From contig NC_045696.1 in assembly GCF_009834535.1 (NCBI RefSeq), positions 108,812,001-108,876,000 of the forward strand: a stretch of DNA of 64,000 nucleotides, written 5' to 3'. This DNA comes from Camelus ferus (lineage: Eukaryota). Below are positions 23,791-36,057 of this stretch, piece after piece. Positions within the stretch are counted from its first letter, which is position 1. Each line of letters begins with the position of its first letter. The position numbers and the translations under genes are program-made. Under the pieces are notes generated by a model that ran no database searches, was not told where the DNA came from, and worked only from the letters and a program-made list of their open reading frames with translations.

Positions 23791-26651
23791 AGTCAGGCCC
23801 TTCCTGGGTTCTTCACTCCCCAAGCCTCCACCGTTCCTTCTCCTTCAAGGACCAAGCTCCATGGACTCTCCCGATGTGTGTGGAGATAAGCCCATCCGCG
23901 ATGCTCCCACATCAGCACTGGGCTCCCTCTCCCCCTTCTCCCCCTCCACATCCACTCCCCTTCCTGGTCTCCTTCATCCCACACGACAGCTGCAACTCTC
24001 AGGGGGAAGTTTGTTTTCTCCGACATACTCTGCCCGTAATGAGGGTGAAGTACCACCCAGTGGGCACAGCTGCCTCTGCAGAAGGCCTGAGGGTCCGAAC
24101 AGCTGAGCTTCTCACACGGGTGATTAATTGGCAAAAAATGGTAAGAGTCTCCACTCGGTTATGCTTTTTAAGTTAAAATATAAGTCTTTGTTAAAACAGC
24201 CAGGCTGGAGATCCTAACAGCATTAATCATGTCCACGTTTAAAAATGTGATACATAATTTAAGAACAAGAGGGAAAGAAGAAAGATAAGCACTTAAGTAC
24301 AATTTGGTATCTTTTCATTAAACCTTAACTCATCAATCAATGACTCATCTAACCCTAGTCTTCTGTAGCCACAGCCGAATCCTTCAAATCTCCCTGAATT
24401 TCACGTTGACAGACGAGGCCTTTACTTACTGAGTTCAGGGTACACCCTCTGCTGGTTCCAATTCCCTCCCGCTAGTGCCCCCAACTCCGTTTCCCCTACA
24501 AGCTGAAGGGACCGCTGGGGACAGAGCCCATGGGAGGGGGACTCCAACACCTGACGCCCACAGCATTTCCCTCAGAAGCCCTGGGCGTACAGCCTCCTCT
24601 CCACTCAAGACGCCCTCATCACTCAGCCCAGGACCCAGGGAGAGACATGGTCCAGCACTCCCCGGCAGAGCAGTCCCCAGGATTTGGTCTTTGGTCATCT
24701 ACTTCCTCTGTACTCCCTCTTAAGTGATTCCATTCATCCCTTCGTGTGAGTGAGTCACCATCTTTTGTGTCTCTGAAGTTCAGGCCAAAATCTTGAACTC
24801 AGTCCCTAGCTTGAGATTAACTACCACAGAACGACGGCCAAGGGAGATGGAAGTCTCCATCCCCAGCACCCAATCAAATTTGAAAGTCCAATCCCGAACT
24901 AATTAAGCATGTTCCCCCTAAGTCTCCTTCCCATCACTCTTCCCACTACCAGGCTTGATTCGGAGTCGTGTCATCTTCCGAAATCTGTTGCTCCCTCCTT
25001 CCCAAGGCCACCGGCACCCTCACTCCCTTTCACCTGCCTGCTCCTCCCAGCCCAGGCCCTTGGGCTGCTCACTGGAGCATCGGCAGCAGCTTCCTACCTG
25101 CCCCTGCCCAGCTCCGGCTCGCTCCGTCCACCTGTACTTCCAGATCAGTTTCACAGAGCCTCACTGGGGTCCTGCCATTCTCTTCACCAAACACTGCCCA
25201 AGGCTGTTTCTGTTCTCTGAGCAGTGAGGTGTTGGGTAAAATGCAGGCAGAAGATGAGAGGGAGCATAAGACCCTCCTCTGCCAAATTACGTACATACAT
25301 ACATATATAACTTGGATAAATGTCAACACGTGGTGTTTTCCAAAGGAGACCAAAGATCTCTGTCCACATACAATCAGCTATAACTGAATTCAAGGTATTC
25401 ATAAGGCTAATGAAGGAATGTGCCCCACAAGGGAGACTGGTCACATCTAAAGAATAAAAAAAAGAAAAAAAACTTCTAAGAGGTAGCTGTGGCCCTCCCA
25501 GCATTGGCCCCCCCCACCCCAATCCCAACACACACACACATTCACTTCCTACTCTCTCAGTGGAAAGGATCAGCCCCCAGGAGCCCAGTGATACATCAGG
25601 GCTGGTGGTCCACAGCCCCAGGCCAGCCTGGGTAGCTCAGATTCTTGCCTTCCCAAGGCCCTCCTGTGCCGGTGTTCTGTCCCTCTGGGGCTGCCTAAGG
25701 GAGAGGGTGTACTGGCCAGAGGGCATGGGTATGCACTTCCTTTGGCAGTTCCACTCCCAGGGTGATGAACAATAAGGCTGGGTCCACATACGACTCTCTG
25801 GGAGCCTGGAGAGTGTAACTCTGCCCTGGAGAGAGGACTATGCCCTCCACATGCTGGTGAAAACGAATTTCCAAGTCGGCAGCATTAAGACCATGGTGGC
25901 AAAGTGACTGCGTAGATGTTACCCTACGAGGTCCCAGCTGAACACTATGCCAGCCCCAGGGATCTTCCTTGGCCTGGGAAATCTGAATCAGCATGGGTTT
26001 TGAAGTGAATAGACCAGGACCTACCTCTATCCTCAACTCTAACCCCAGTGTCTGACCCCTCAGGACACCTGCCCAGATGACCCTAGGATCCTAGAAGCCT
26101 CACTGAGCTTGAGTATCAGGCTGGGCAACAAGCAACGGGTACTAGGCATGAGAAAAATGGTCCCTCTGTGGTTGAATAACTAATGGAACTCAGTCCTGGG
26201 CCCTCTGCAGCCCAGCCCTGAGAAGTAGAAAGCCCCACTTGGCCCAGTCGACAGCAATCAGCATTCCTTGGGTAATGCTTTTTCAATACAAGCAAATGCA
26301 TTCAAAATTTTAAATTTTAAAAGTTATATTTCTAGCTCATTCTCACCATGCTATCTACACTTGATATCTAGAAAGAGGGGAGGACAAGGGAGGGAGACAG
26401 AGGCATCCTCCAGCTGCTGGGCCACTCTGTCCCAGCCTTCTGCCCACTGTCTCAGCCTTGCCTGGGTCTCCGGCATGAGGACAGGGACAGGTGGCCTCTG
26501 CTCCTTCTCCACTTGGGCATGGGACTGCCCGTGGTTCTGCCTTAGCTCAGAGTGAGTCCCATCCGTTTCCCATTAACCAATGGGATTCCTTATTTTAACA
26601 GGTCCCAGTGAGAAATCTCCCATCTGTTCTTTTTACTCTTCTTTATGCACA

Positions 26652-26734
26652 TGTTATGTTGAACCACATGAAATTGCCAATATTCAATCAGTTTGACCTT
26701 CAAAGATGGTAATTTCATATGATTCAACCCAATA
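26652..26734. mobile_element. MADE2 mariner-derived MITE
   Basis: About 80 bp with terminal inverted repeats 'tgttatgttgaaccacatgaaattgcca' and 'tggtaatttcatatgattcaacccaata'. Confidence 0.85.
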
Positions 26735-26799
26735 TAAGCAGCGATGAATACAGACTCTAATTATCCCCTTTTTCATTCAAAAGTTAACCTATTAAAAAA

Positions 26800-27225
26800 A
26801 ACACTGTGTTTCGCATCTTGTTGTTTGAGTTAATACATCTTGGCAATCTTTCCAACTTAGGTCATTGAGAGCTTCCCCTCCCCTTTCTTTTAAAAACACC
26901 TGCAGAATATTCTTCCATTGTATGGATGTTCCGTTAGTTATTCAATCAGTCCCGTAATGATGGACGTTTGAGTTGTGTCCAATCTTTCGCTAATATAAAC
27001 AATGGAGCAAAGAATTAGCTTGAACATCACTTTGCACACGTATATCTGTAAGATAAATTCCTAGAAATAGAATTTTTAGAAATTCCCAGAAGTGGAATAT
27101 CCCTGTAGGAACATGAAGGTCAATGGGTTGAATGTATTTGTAAATTGACAAAAATTGCCAAACGGCCCTCATTAAGATTCTGTGAATTTACCCTCCCACC
27201 AGTGACACATCAGAGTTCCCAGACC
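26800..27225 (-). mobile_element. Old L1 (L1ME-type) ORF2 end/3' UTR
   Basis: Antisense 'tattcttccattgtatggatg...gatggacgtttgagttgtgtccaatctttcgcta...ataaattcctagaaatagaatt...tgccaaacggccctc...tttaccctcccaccag'. Confidence 0.8.
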
Positions 27226-27251
27226 AGCGATTCCCAACATTTTCCTTTAGA

Positions 27252-27615
27252 TCAGTGTTTCCCAAAGTGCAGGTTGTGACTCATTACTGGGTCATGAAAT
27301 CAATTTTGTGGGCTGTCATCAGTATTTTTAATGAAATAGGATAGAATAGCTTATTATAGAATCAAGAGGAATAAAACAGAAAATACCACGTTGATTTGCA
27401 TGTAGAAAGGGTAAGTAGTGTTTGGGGAACTTTTGTTTCAGAGATGATTTAGTTACAGATAGAAATATATATCGAGATAGACGCAGATACCCAGAAAACT
27501 AACTCTTTCCCCCCACCCCTCTCACACACACACACGTACATGCACAGATATGGGAGACAAGATAGAGACGTGCCTTTTTTACTACAGGTCATGGTCAGAA
27601 TTTTTTGAAAGTCTT
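27252..27615. mobile_element. hAT-Charlie non-autonomous element (Charlie4z-like)
   Basis: Begins 'cagtgtttcccaaagtgcaggttgtgactcattactgggtcatgaaatcaattttgtggg'; interior 'aagggtaagtagtgtttggggaacttttgtttcag'; end 'ggtcatggtcagaattttttgaaag'. Confidence 0.7.
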
Positions 27616-30600
27616 AGGTCTTGAAACTTTTCAAGAATCCAAGGAAAAGCCACTCTTCCCAGAAAATGCACCAACACACATAACATCTCAGATCTCTGAC
27701 TTCTTGGAGGTCCAGGCTGGGACCCCAGATCTGGAGCCCGGGGCGATGACTGTGGGCCACTCGAGGACAGGCCGGGGGGTTATCTGTCTTGCCGGCCTCT
27801 GTGGGCAGCCTGCCGGGCAGGGAGGTGTTCTGAAAACACATGCTGCCCAGAAGAAATGAACAAAGCAGCCCCTCCAACTGCCTTCCACTGCTCCCTCTGT
27901 TTCTCAGCCACCATGAGACTGGCCCCCATCTGCTGATTTGGTTCTTATGAAAAGCAAGAAGAAAGAGAAGGAAAATGTTTCAGAAAGAGGATAATGACTT
28001 CTCTCCGAGTCCACTGATTTCTTTTTCACTCTGAGGCTGTGGCTCGGGAGAGAAACAGAGCCTTTAGGGGAAGAGAGGAATTGGCAGGAGGAGAACGATG
28101 TGAGGGATCATTAGTCGGGGCCTAAGACAAGGTTTAAAAAAAGCCAGGGAAATAAGGAGGGCGGCGGGGACATTCTAGGACAGGAGCATGTGTGCACAGG
28201 CACGCCAACAAACTGAAGAAAGGTGAGCAGATGGGAGCTCGAGGGAGGAAAACAGCCAGATCCTTTGTGAAGCAGAGTCCATCCTGACAGCTGGGCACGA
28301 GGGCCCAGGTCTTCGCGAGCCCTCTCTGCACCCCAGGATCACCTGGCATGGTCCAGACCCCATAGATCAGGGGGTTTAAAAAGAGGAGAAAAAGGAACCT
28401 CACACAATGCAAACTAGCGCAGGGGGGTTTGGAAGAGGACCCGGTGGAGGCAAATAGACATCAAAATGCCCAGCGTTCGGGCGTGTGGTCACCACTGAGC
28501 CCTCTTCTCTGCTGTTCTTGACGGAACCAAGGACAGGATGCACCACTCTTCCCAAAACATTTCTCCAGTGAGGCTGCCTTCATCCTGCCCCCAGCGGAGA
28601 TGCTGCAGCCTCCCACAGCACGGACCCTGAGCCCCACTTTCCCGCCACCTGCCTCCTAAATGACAGCTGGGGAGGGGCAGCCACCGAGGTCATCTGCTTT
28701 CCCTCCCTGAGGACGCGGTCAGGGGAGCAGGATGCTGGACACGGGACACAGCCAGGCATCAACAGGGCAGCTCTGCCTCTCCTGGTCTCTGCCTTAAATA
28801 CAACGCTGGCTAAGAAGGGATAAGGTTAGAGAGAAGGAACGGGGCTTTGCGGGGACGCCACACCTGCTCTGCCTCCAGGCGAAAGAGTAAATTCATGGCG
28901 CGGCGCTTCTCTCTCCAGGCTTGATGGGGAACAGCGACTATTCCCCAGAACAAAGGAGCGTAAAAGACTGTTAAGTCTTTAAAACCCCACACAAATATTG
29001 ATTCTCCCTTTACCTAATTTCTTCCTTCCTTTGTTGCTGGTGGAGCTCACTGCCACTTAAGAACACTGGGCTTAAAAGACAAGCACACATGAGATTATTG
29101 ATTTTCTCCTAAGAACTCGCCTGCTCTTGAAGTGAGCTCACCTCAGGCAGGCGGAGTCCCAGCCTCCGCAGGTGGGGCGTGCTGGATGGCCACCCGGGGG
29201 ACCCTTCCACACGTGGGGACTTTGTGCCCGTCAAACTAAGACTCTTCCTTAGAAGAGTAAAATAAAATTCTAAAGGTTGGAGTTGCTGACTGTAAAAATT
29301 AGTGGCTAGTAAAAAGATAAGGAAGGTCAGCCGCTACCCTGAAAAAGCATGCAGTCTCTTACACAAGGAAGATGGAACTTAATACTATTTATTAACTCAT
29401 ACCCTGACTTCTGCAGAGGAATGGAAATGGCTGTGTAGCTAAGAAATTGCAGTATGATGCAAAACTGGCCAGTTGAGGTCAGCAGACTGACTCAGAGGAG
29501 CAGCAAGAAGACATATCTAACTGGGCCTTGAAGTAGGGGTGACCAGTGACAGCTTTAGAGGAACATCTTACTACTTCCAGCAACCAGCCGGGTTGAGACA
29601 ACAGGAGTGGCTGAATGGAGACCTTTGTCCACACAGGCACAGTGGGAGAGGAGGAAGACAGGAGGGAAGGCCCAGGGGGCACGAGGCCACGAATACCAGG
29701 TCTGCCAAGTCAGGGGAGCCTAGGGTCCACCCTCCTCTGAAGTTCAGGGACCCGTGGAGCAAAGCCACCCACACAGAGTGGTTCTCGAAGCCACACTACC
29801 GATGGGAGGGAAGACACCACTCCCAAATGTGTGTGTGGCTTTGAGTCGAGGTGACTGTCAGGTGTGGTGTGGGAAGCCCCAAGTGTGACTCACAGCCTTT
29901 CTTCCTCCGGGTCCCACCAGGACGGCCTCTGCTCTGCTCCGTACGCAGCCAGCACCAGCACTGAACCCCTCTAACTCCAGGAAATGGAGCAAGAGGGTCA
30001 CTGACGGTGCCACAGGGTCAAAGGACTCAAGAGGGATGTCGTGTCCCAAAGCCAACCCTCTGTGTCCTGCTCCCCAAACCCCGACGGCCACAGCAGCACG
30101 TTCAGCCAGCCCGCCAGCCGCCCTGTGACCACGGCTGGTGCTTCTGGGCCACCAAGCCGTATCGGCCGCTGCTTGGCGGACACACTTTAATTACTCAATT
30201 TTCATTGACGATATATTTTAATTGGTGTTTCGATTTAATTAAAGTTTTGTTCTAATTGGGTGTCTTTTTTTTTTTTTTTACTTTTAGCTCACAAAGTGCA
30301 AACGGAAGAAAGAATAATAGCTTGTTCAGAAAAATAAATCTGAGACCAAAGAGACCACTATCCCCAGGGGAGGGGCTGTGGCTGAGACAGGTGTAAGTCT
30401 ACTTAGGGCTTGGGGGGCAGACTAGGGACACCCATGGAGTCTACACTTCTGACCTCTTTGAGCCCAACTTAAACTGCTCCTCCTCCCTCCGGGCTGCCCC
30501 CATCTCCAAACCTGTACCAAGTCCTCCTCACCCAGACAGCCAACTGCTTCTCCCAGAAAACCCAAGTTAGATGTTGGCAGAAGCCCAGGGACAGTACCCT

Positions 30601-31734
30601 ACACGGGCTATCCTTTTAGCTTAATGGTGTCTGAACACCTCTTTCCTACCTTTGGGGGGACAGTTTCTCCTATTTCCCTCCATGCTCCCCCATCCCTTCC
30701 TTCACTCTCCCACACACCTTTCCAGGGCAGCTTCCTTTTCTGGAAGCTATCACGGCTTCCCTCTGCCTTTTCTAGTTGGTAAGACAAATCCTCTCATTTG
30801 GTTGCTGAAACTCTCAAGTCTACACCGGGAGGCTCACTGCCTCCCTATCCATCCCCTGCTTATTCCCCTAACGTGCATTCCACCCCACTATTCCAGGAAA
30901 CAGCTTGCCAAAGCCCATTCTATCCATGCCTTTGCCAGGTGTCTTGGCCACCCCCCACCCACTTGACTGCCTTCTTAAAACCCCTGCCCTCGACAACGCT
31001 ACAATGACATCATCATCCTTCTATTCCAGCTCTTTCTTCTAGTCCCAGGGTCTCTCTCTGCTCCTTGGGACCCTAATTGGGTTCTGCATAGATTTGCCTC
31101 CCCAACCCTGGCCCCTTCCTCACCACACTCACTCCCTTTAGCCCCGTAATTCCAACCTCTGCAAACCTGGCCCGGCCCTCTCCTGGCATTCCAAGCCACC
31201 CATATCCTCCCCACCCTCTCCTGCTCACTGCATCGCCCACAGCCAGGGAGGTGCTTCTTGGGGAAACACAAAAAGTAAAACCAAACATGGAGCAAACACA
31301 TGCAAACTGAGCAGTGAGTCTTGAAGTACTCATTAAATCTGGGGGCGAACCGGGGTGCATGGCGGGTGCCCTGACTGGTGGGAGGCTCTAATGTCACTCA
31401 CAGTGACGGCACCAAGCCACCTTTTGGAAAGCATTAAGTGGGCTTGCTACTTATACCAGGGTTAGTGAAAGTCCATACAGTCAAAACTGCCCTTAAGAGC
31501 CCTGAGGAAGGCACCGTGCTGGACACTGCCACATCCTCTTTCCCAGGAACAGATGGCCCTTTCTTTGGCTGGGTACCAGCTGAAGCAGTTGGTGTACACT
31601 TAGGCGCCAGAGAACACGAAAACCACGCATCCTTAACATCAGCTTCTTTAACGAGGGTGTGGCTCCCAGAAAGGGAGGCTTGAGGGAGGGAAGCTGGCTT
31701 AGGGGTCAGCACAGCCCTGTGCCCCTTCCCCTGC

Positions 31735-31796
31735 GTGTGTGTGTGTGTGTGTGTGTGTGTGCATGTGTGTGTGTTTGTGTGTGTGTGTGCGCGTGT
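31735..31796 (+). repeat. (TG)n microsatellite, interrupted
   Basis: Direct reading: about 30 TG units with a few GC/CA/TT interruptions. Confidence 0.97.
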
Positions 31797-34700
31797 ATTT
31801 CCACTCCTCTTTTGCTAGAGTTAAATTCTGCTCACTTAAATGTGCATACGATGCAACTCTGCACTTTTAACAGCTCTGAGTGCTCAAAAACAATCCACTC
31901 TTCAGAGTTTATCAAAGGACAGAAAAAGCAGTATGGGGAAGAAAAGCTAAATACATGATATACTTATTTCCAATTTCACAAAACAGGGGAATGGTTAAAT
32001 ACTAAACAGCCACTTCAGGAACTGTTACAAAACCACTGACAAGTGAAAATTACAGAGATTATGCAAAGCAAGGAGAAATGATCAGTAAATTTGTATGCGT
32101 CTAAACACAGATTGGAAGAGGAATCAGAAAAAAATGTACTTAGTGATTTGGTAACAGAAATCTTTATTTAAAAAAAAGGAAAAGTCTGCAAATAAGTGTC
32201 TGTTAATTGAATGAATGATCACATTTGGGTAGGAGAGATGTGAAGTCCTAATGGGGCAGCTGGCAGGCTCCACAGAGACTGAAGTCAGGGTCGTGAGGGT
32301 CGCCGAGGAAGATGCTATGAGACCACTGAGGGCACTGCAGGCCCCAGCAGAAGGCTCACTGGGGACTCTGCCGGGAGTTCAGGGTGTCAGAGCAGCACCC
32401 TGGGGTGGGCCCATTAGAGATCTCAGCACCCCTGGACCAGATCAGGGCCCAGACCTGCCACACTCCTTGACCAGAATGGCCTTGAATGGGCTGGACACCT
32501 CCTCCCACCCTCCAAGTTAACTTCCCGTAGGAAGACTGGGTGGAGAGTGCGATCTAAGGCAAGCTTCCCTACGCCTCCTGGTTGCCACCACCGCGAGGCT
32601 GCATTTAAGATTTTCTCTGCTGGTTGGCAGCCATCACTTGGTGAGGCCTAGGGAAGAGCAATTAGAGAGCGAGAGAAGAGAGAAGATGTTACACCACACC
32701 TCCTGGGGCAGAGCCTGAAACAGTTAACCAGGAGGCAAAGACAAAATGAGAGGCACAGGAGCCCAGGAGAAGTCCCCGGTGTTCTTCTGCCTCTCAGACG
32801 TGAATGGGAAAAAGGAAAAGGCCTCCAAACCAGAGGTGAGACTTTCCCAAATTCCTCCTCCCCTCCATCCATGGGTTTCGGCTCCCATGATCGTGCAGAG
32901 GTAGGAGGTGGGGTAAACAGCTTGCCCCCCACGTGGCCAGGCAGCAGGATGTCAGCCAAGGCTGTCCGTAAGTGCCTCCAAGGGATCTGCCAGGGCAGGC
33001 TGGGCTTTGGGGACCCGCTGGGGGATGCTCTGGTGGGAGGTTCTGGCCAGCTGGTCCTGGCTCTGTCACCGACCTCTGTGGTCACCTCCCCTCCCTGCGC
33101 TGCCTCAGTTTCCTCCACAGTCAAGACGCGTAGGCTCGATCAACTCTCCTTCTTCAATCAAGAGTCGATCATTTCATGCTGTTATTTCTAGCAGCCTTTC
33201 CGGAGCAGAGCGAGCTCTCCTGTGCCCCTTTCTGGAAGTGATTTTTGGGTCAGGTTACATAAGCTTCCGGCTTCCTTAATTTATGTCAGGGCTGCTCTGT
33301 GCGCCACTGATGGGAATAGATTTTAAATCATCCCTTTGCCGTGTTGAGTGCAAACACACCACCACTTTCGTGCCTAACAACACCAGCCATCAGTGAAACT
33401 CCATAGTTAGCAGATGTTCAGCAGTAATTACCTGGACATCAGATATGTTCTCCTGTTTAATTACTCGGCTATGGAACCCCAGATGCCCTCCCACGTGCCA
33501 CGCCAAGTGCTTGCATAAACACACGCAAAGCATCGTCCTTGATTCTGACCTGTTAGGGGACCAACTAAGCATTTGGGATGTAACAGGACAGCCTTCTGGG
33601 GCCCTGAGCAAGGAGTACATGCCACTCCAATCTACAGTGACGCCCTGGAGATGACAACAGTGATGAGGACGATGCTGATACGACCAAATGCTTGCCACTG
33701 AGAGCAAGGGAACACTGTCAGCCTGAAGTTCTGTAAAGGTTAGGTGCGGGGATGGCACAAACTAAGACCCCCCTGGATGGCTTTCAGGAAGCCTGCCAGC
33801 GTGGTACCATCTTTCATGAAATCATCCCAACCAGGTCAGACCCACAGCTGTAGTAACGGGGGGCCGACTCCTGCCAGCAACATTCACAAAGAGTAATGAG
33901 TAACCAGGATGCCAATGTGTCACTTTCAAAAGAAATTAGCCGGAGTACCTCTGCTGGCTGACCAGTGCTGACCCGCCCATAGACAAGCTGTACAGAGAGT
34001 CACAGGATCCAGCAGGTACATGGAAATGGATGATAGAATTTAAATATTCAGGAGCATCAGGCTCGCAGGCTGTACCTTCACTTCCACCCTGGAGATGTAC
34101 AGGTATTGCCCCTGGACAGGTGCTTGGGGCGGGCACTGCCCCTCGGCGTGGTACCTGGATGGACACTGCCGGTCTTTTGTTTCTGTTCTTGTGACCGACC
34201 CTCACCCCCACCCCCTATCATCATAGTGCCTGTCAGGCCCAACTTCCTTGCCCTCTGCTCAGGGGCACACGTCAAACTGGCATCCACACAGAGGTCATCA
34301 CCGAGTGGATCGGAGGCCGGCACTGACTCCGGGCTGACATCCGGTCGATGGCCATGACACAGCCTGGTGTGAAAAGCTGAATCTCGCCAACCAGGATGCT
34401 TGCATCAGGAGAAGGCAGCAAGGTGGAGGCTGGGATGTGAGGGGGGCCAGGAGGCAGAGATTCAGAGGGAGGAAAAGGTACTGAGAGGACACAGAGGAGC
34501 AGACGGGGACAGGCGCCACCCGGGAAACTCAGTGACATGCTGGGTCTCCGTGGAGCCGCCCCCTGGAGCTCAACCCGCATCCCCACATTCCTGGGCAGGC
34601 TCCCTCGTCTTCCCCTGGCTTCCTGGCATCAGAGCCCCACCACAACACCTTGCCAAGGAACCCAACCTAACACCAGCTCTGCAAGGACACATGCCTTCTT

Positions 34701-34802
34701 CAGATGCACTTTATGCCCCAGAAATTCACACAGGTCAGTGAGAGGTGCAAAATTCACAACCTTCCTTCCTGTTTATTTACAACTTTCCTCTTTGTCTAAA
34801 AC

Positions 34803-35082
34803 ACTGCTGTCCAGCAGAAATATAATGCCACGTGTCATTTTAAATTTCACATTAATAAAAGTGAAATCAATTTTAATAATTACCTAGCCCTGAAATGTCC
34901 AAATGGTACCATTAAACATGTATTCAATACACAAATCATTGAGCCATTTTATTCTTTCTTTCAGACAAATTCTTCCACGTCCGGGATCTCTCTGACACAG
35001 CACCTCTCAGTAAGGAGCAGCCGCATTCCAACTGCTCAAGAGCCACACGTGGCTCGTAGCTACCAGACTGAACAGAACAGGT
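34803..35082. mobile_element. MER33 (hAT-Charlie) DNA element
   Basis: 'ctgtccagcagaaatataatgccac...tcattttaaattt...gtgaaatcaattttaataat...cagcacctctcag...ctgctcaagagccacacgtggctcgtagctacc'. Confidence 0.8.
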
Positions 35083-35639
35083 CTAAAATCTGAGCTCTCG
35101 TTCATCAGCACCAAGCTCTGATGACAGCAGGCAAAAATAAACTGTGCAGGTAGAGAAAATTCTCTTTCTTCTGGTTTAAAAAAATCTCCTTTCAGATTAA
35201 CACTCAGGCTCCTTTGTCCTCCCTCCCCCACCCTGAGATGGGGTGGGGTGTGGGGATGCTGAGCTATCCTCACTTACGGGGACATGAGATGTGGCCGCCT
35301 GCTCCAGCCCCTGCCCACACGGAATGCCCAGCCTGCCCCCCAAGGGAAGGAAGAATTCCCTGATTTTTCAGACCCTGGGGGCCTGCACAGGTCCCTCTCG
35401 CTGGGCTGCAGCCCCACTCCTGGCCTCCTCCCATCTGCTTGTTCTTCCCCCACACTCCTGGCAACCTGTCTAAGGATCTCCAAGCCCGCAATACCTCCAC
35501 CACCTTCCCCCACCGCAAAGTGGGGCCCTGGGGCACCAGCACCCAGTTCCATCCTCGCCTTCCTCTCCAGCTCTCTGCCTTCCTCCAGGAACCAGAAGCA
35601 CAATCTTATTTGTATTCCTGTGTGCGCTCTTGGAGTCTT

Positions 35640-35875
35640 GTGAGGTTAAGGGTAAAATCTGCAGTCAGCTCGCTTGACTTTAGACCTGCCTCCACCCACT
35701 AGTAGCTACATGACCTTAAGTAAGTGACTTGACTCCTCTCTTCCTCTATTTCATCATCTGTAAAATGGGTATAATGCTAATATTACCATCTCATCGAGTT
35801 GCTTTGTGGATCCAATGATGAACAGACATAAAACACTCAGCAGAGTGCCTGGTACCAGGTCAGGACTCAATCATA
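35640..35875 (+). mobile_element. MIR SINE, near full length
   Basis: 'ccactagtagctacatgaccttaagtaagtgacttgac...tttcatcatctgtaaaatgggtataatgctaat...aaaacactcagcagagtgcctgg'. Confidence 0.85.
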
Positions 35876-35904
35876 AGAGATCCCAATTAAAAAATTACAC
35901 CTTA

Positions 35905-36057
35905 AGTTAGGGAGTGATGGAGATGTTAGCTATCTTGATTGTGGCAGTGGTTTCATGGGTGTAGACATCTATCAAAATTCATCAAAGTGTACATCTGAAA
36001 TATGTGTAGTCTACTGTACAGGAGCCATACCACAATAGAGGTGTTTCTAAAAAAAAG
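35905..36057 (+). mobile_element. L1MC/MD-type 3' terminus
   Basis: 'ggagtgatggagatgttagctatcttgattgtggcagtggtttcatgggtgtagacatctatcaaaattcatcaaagtgtac' plus short A-tail. Confidence 0.8.
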
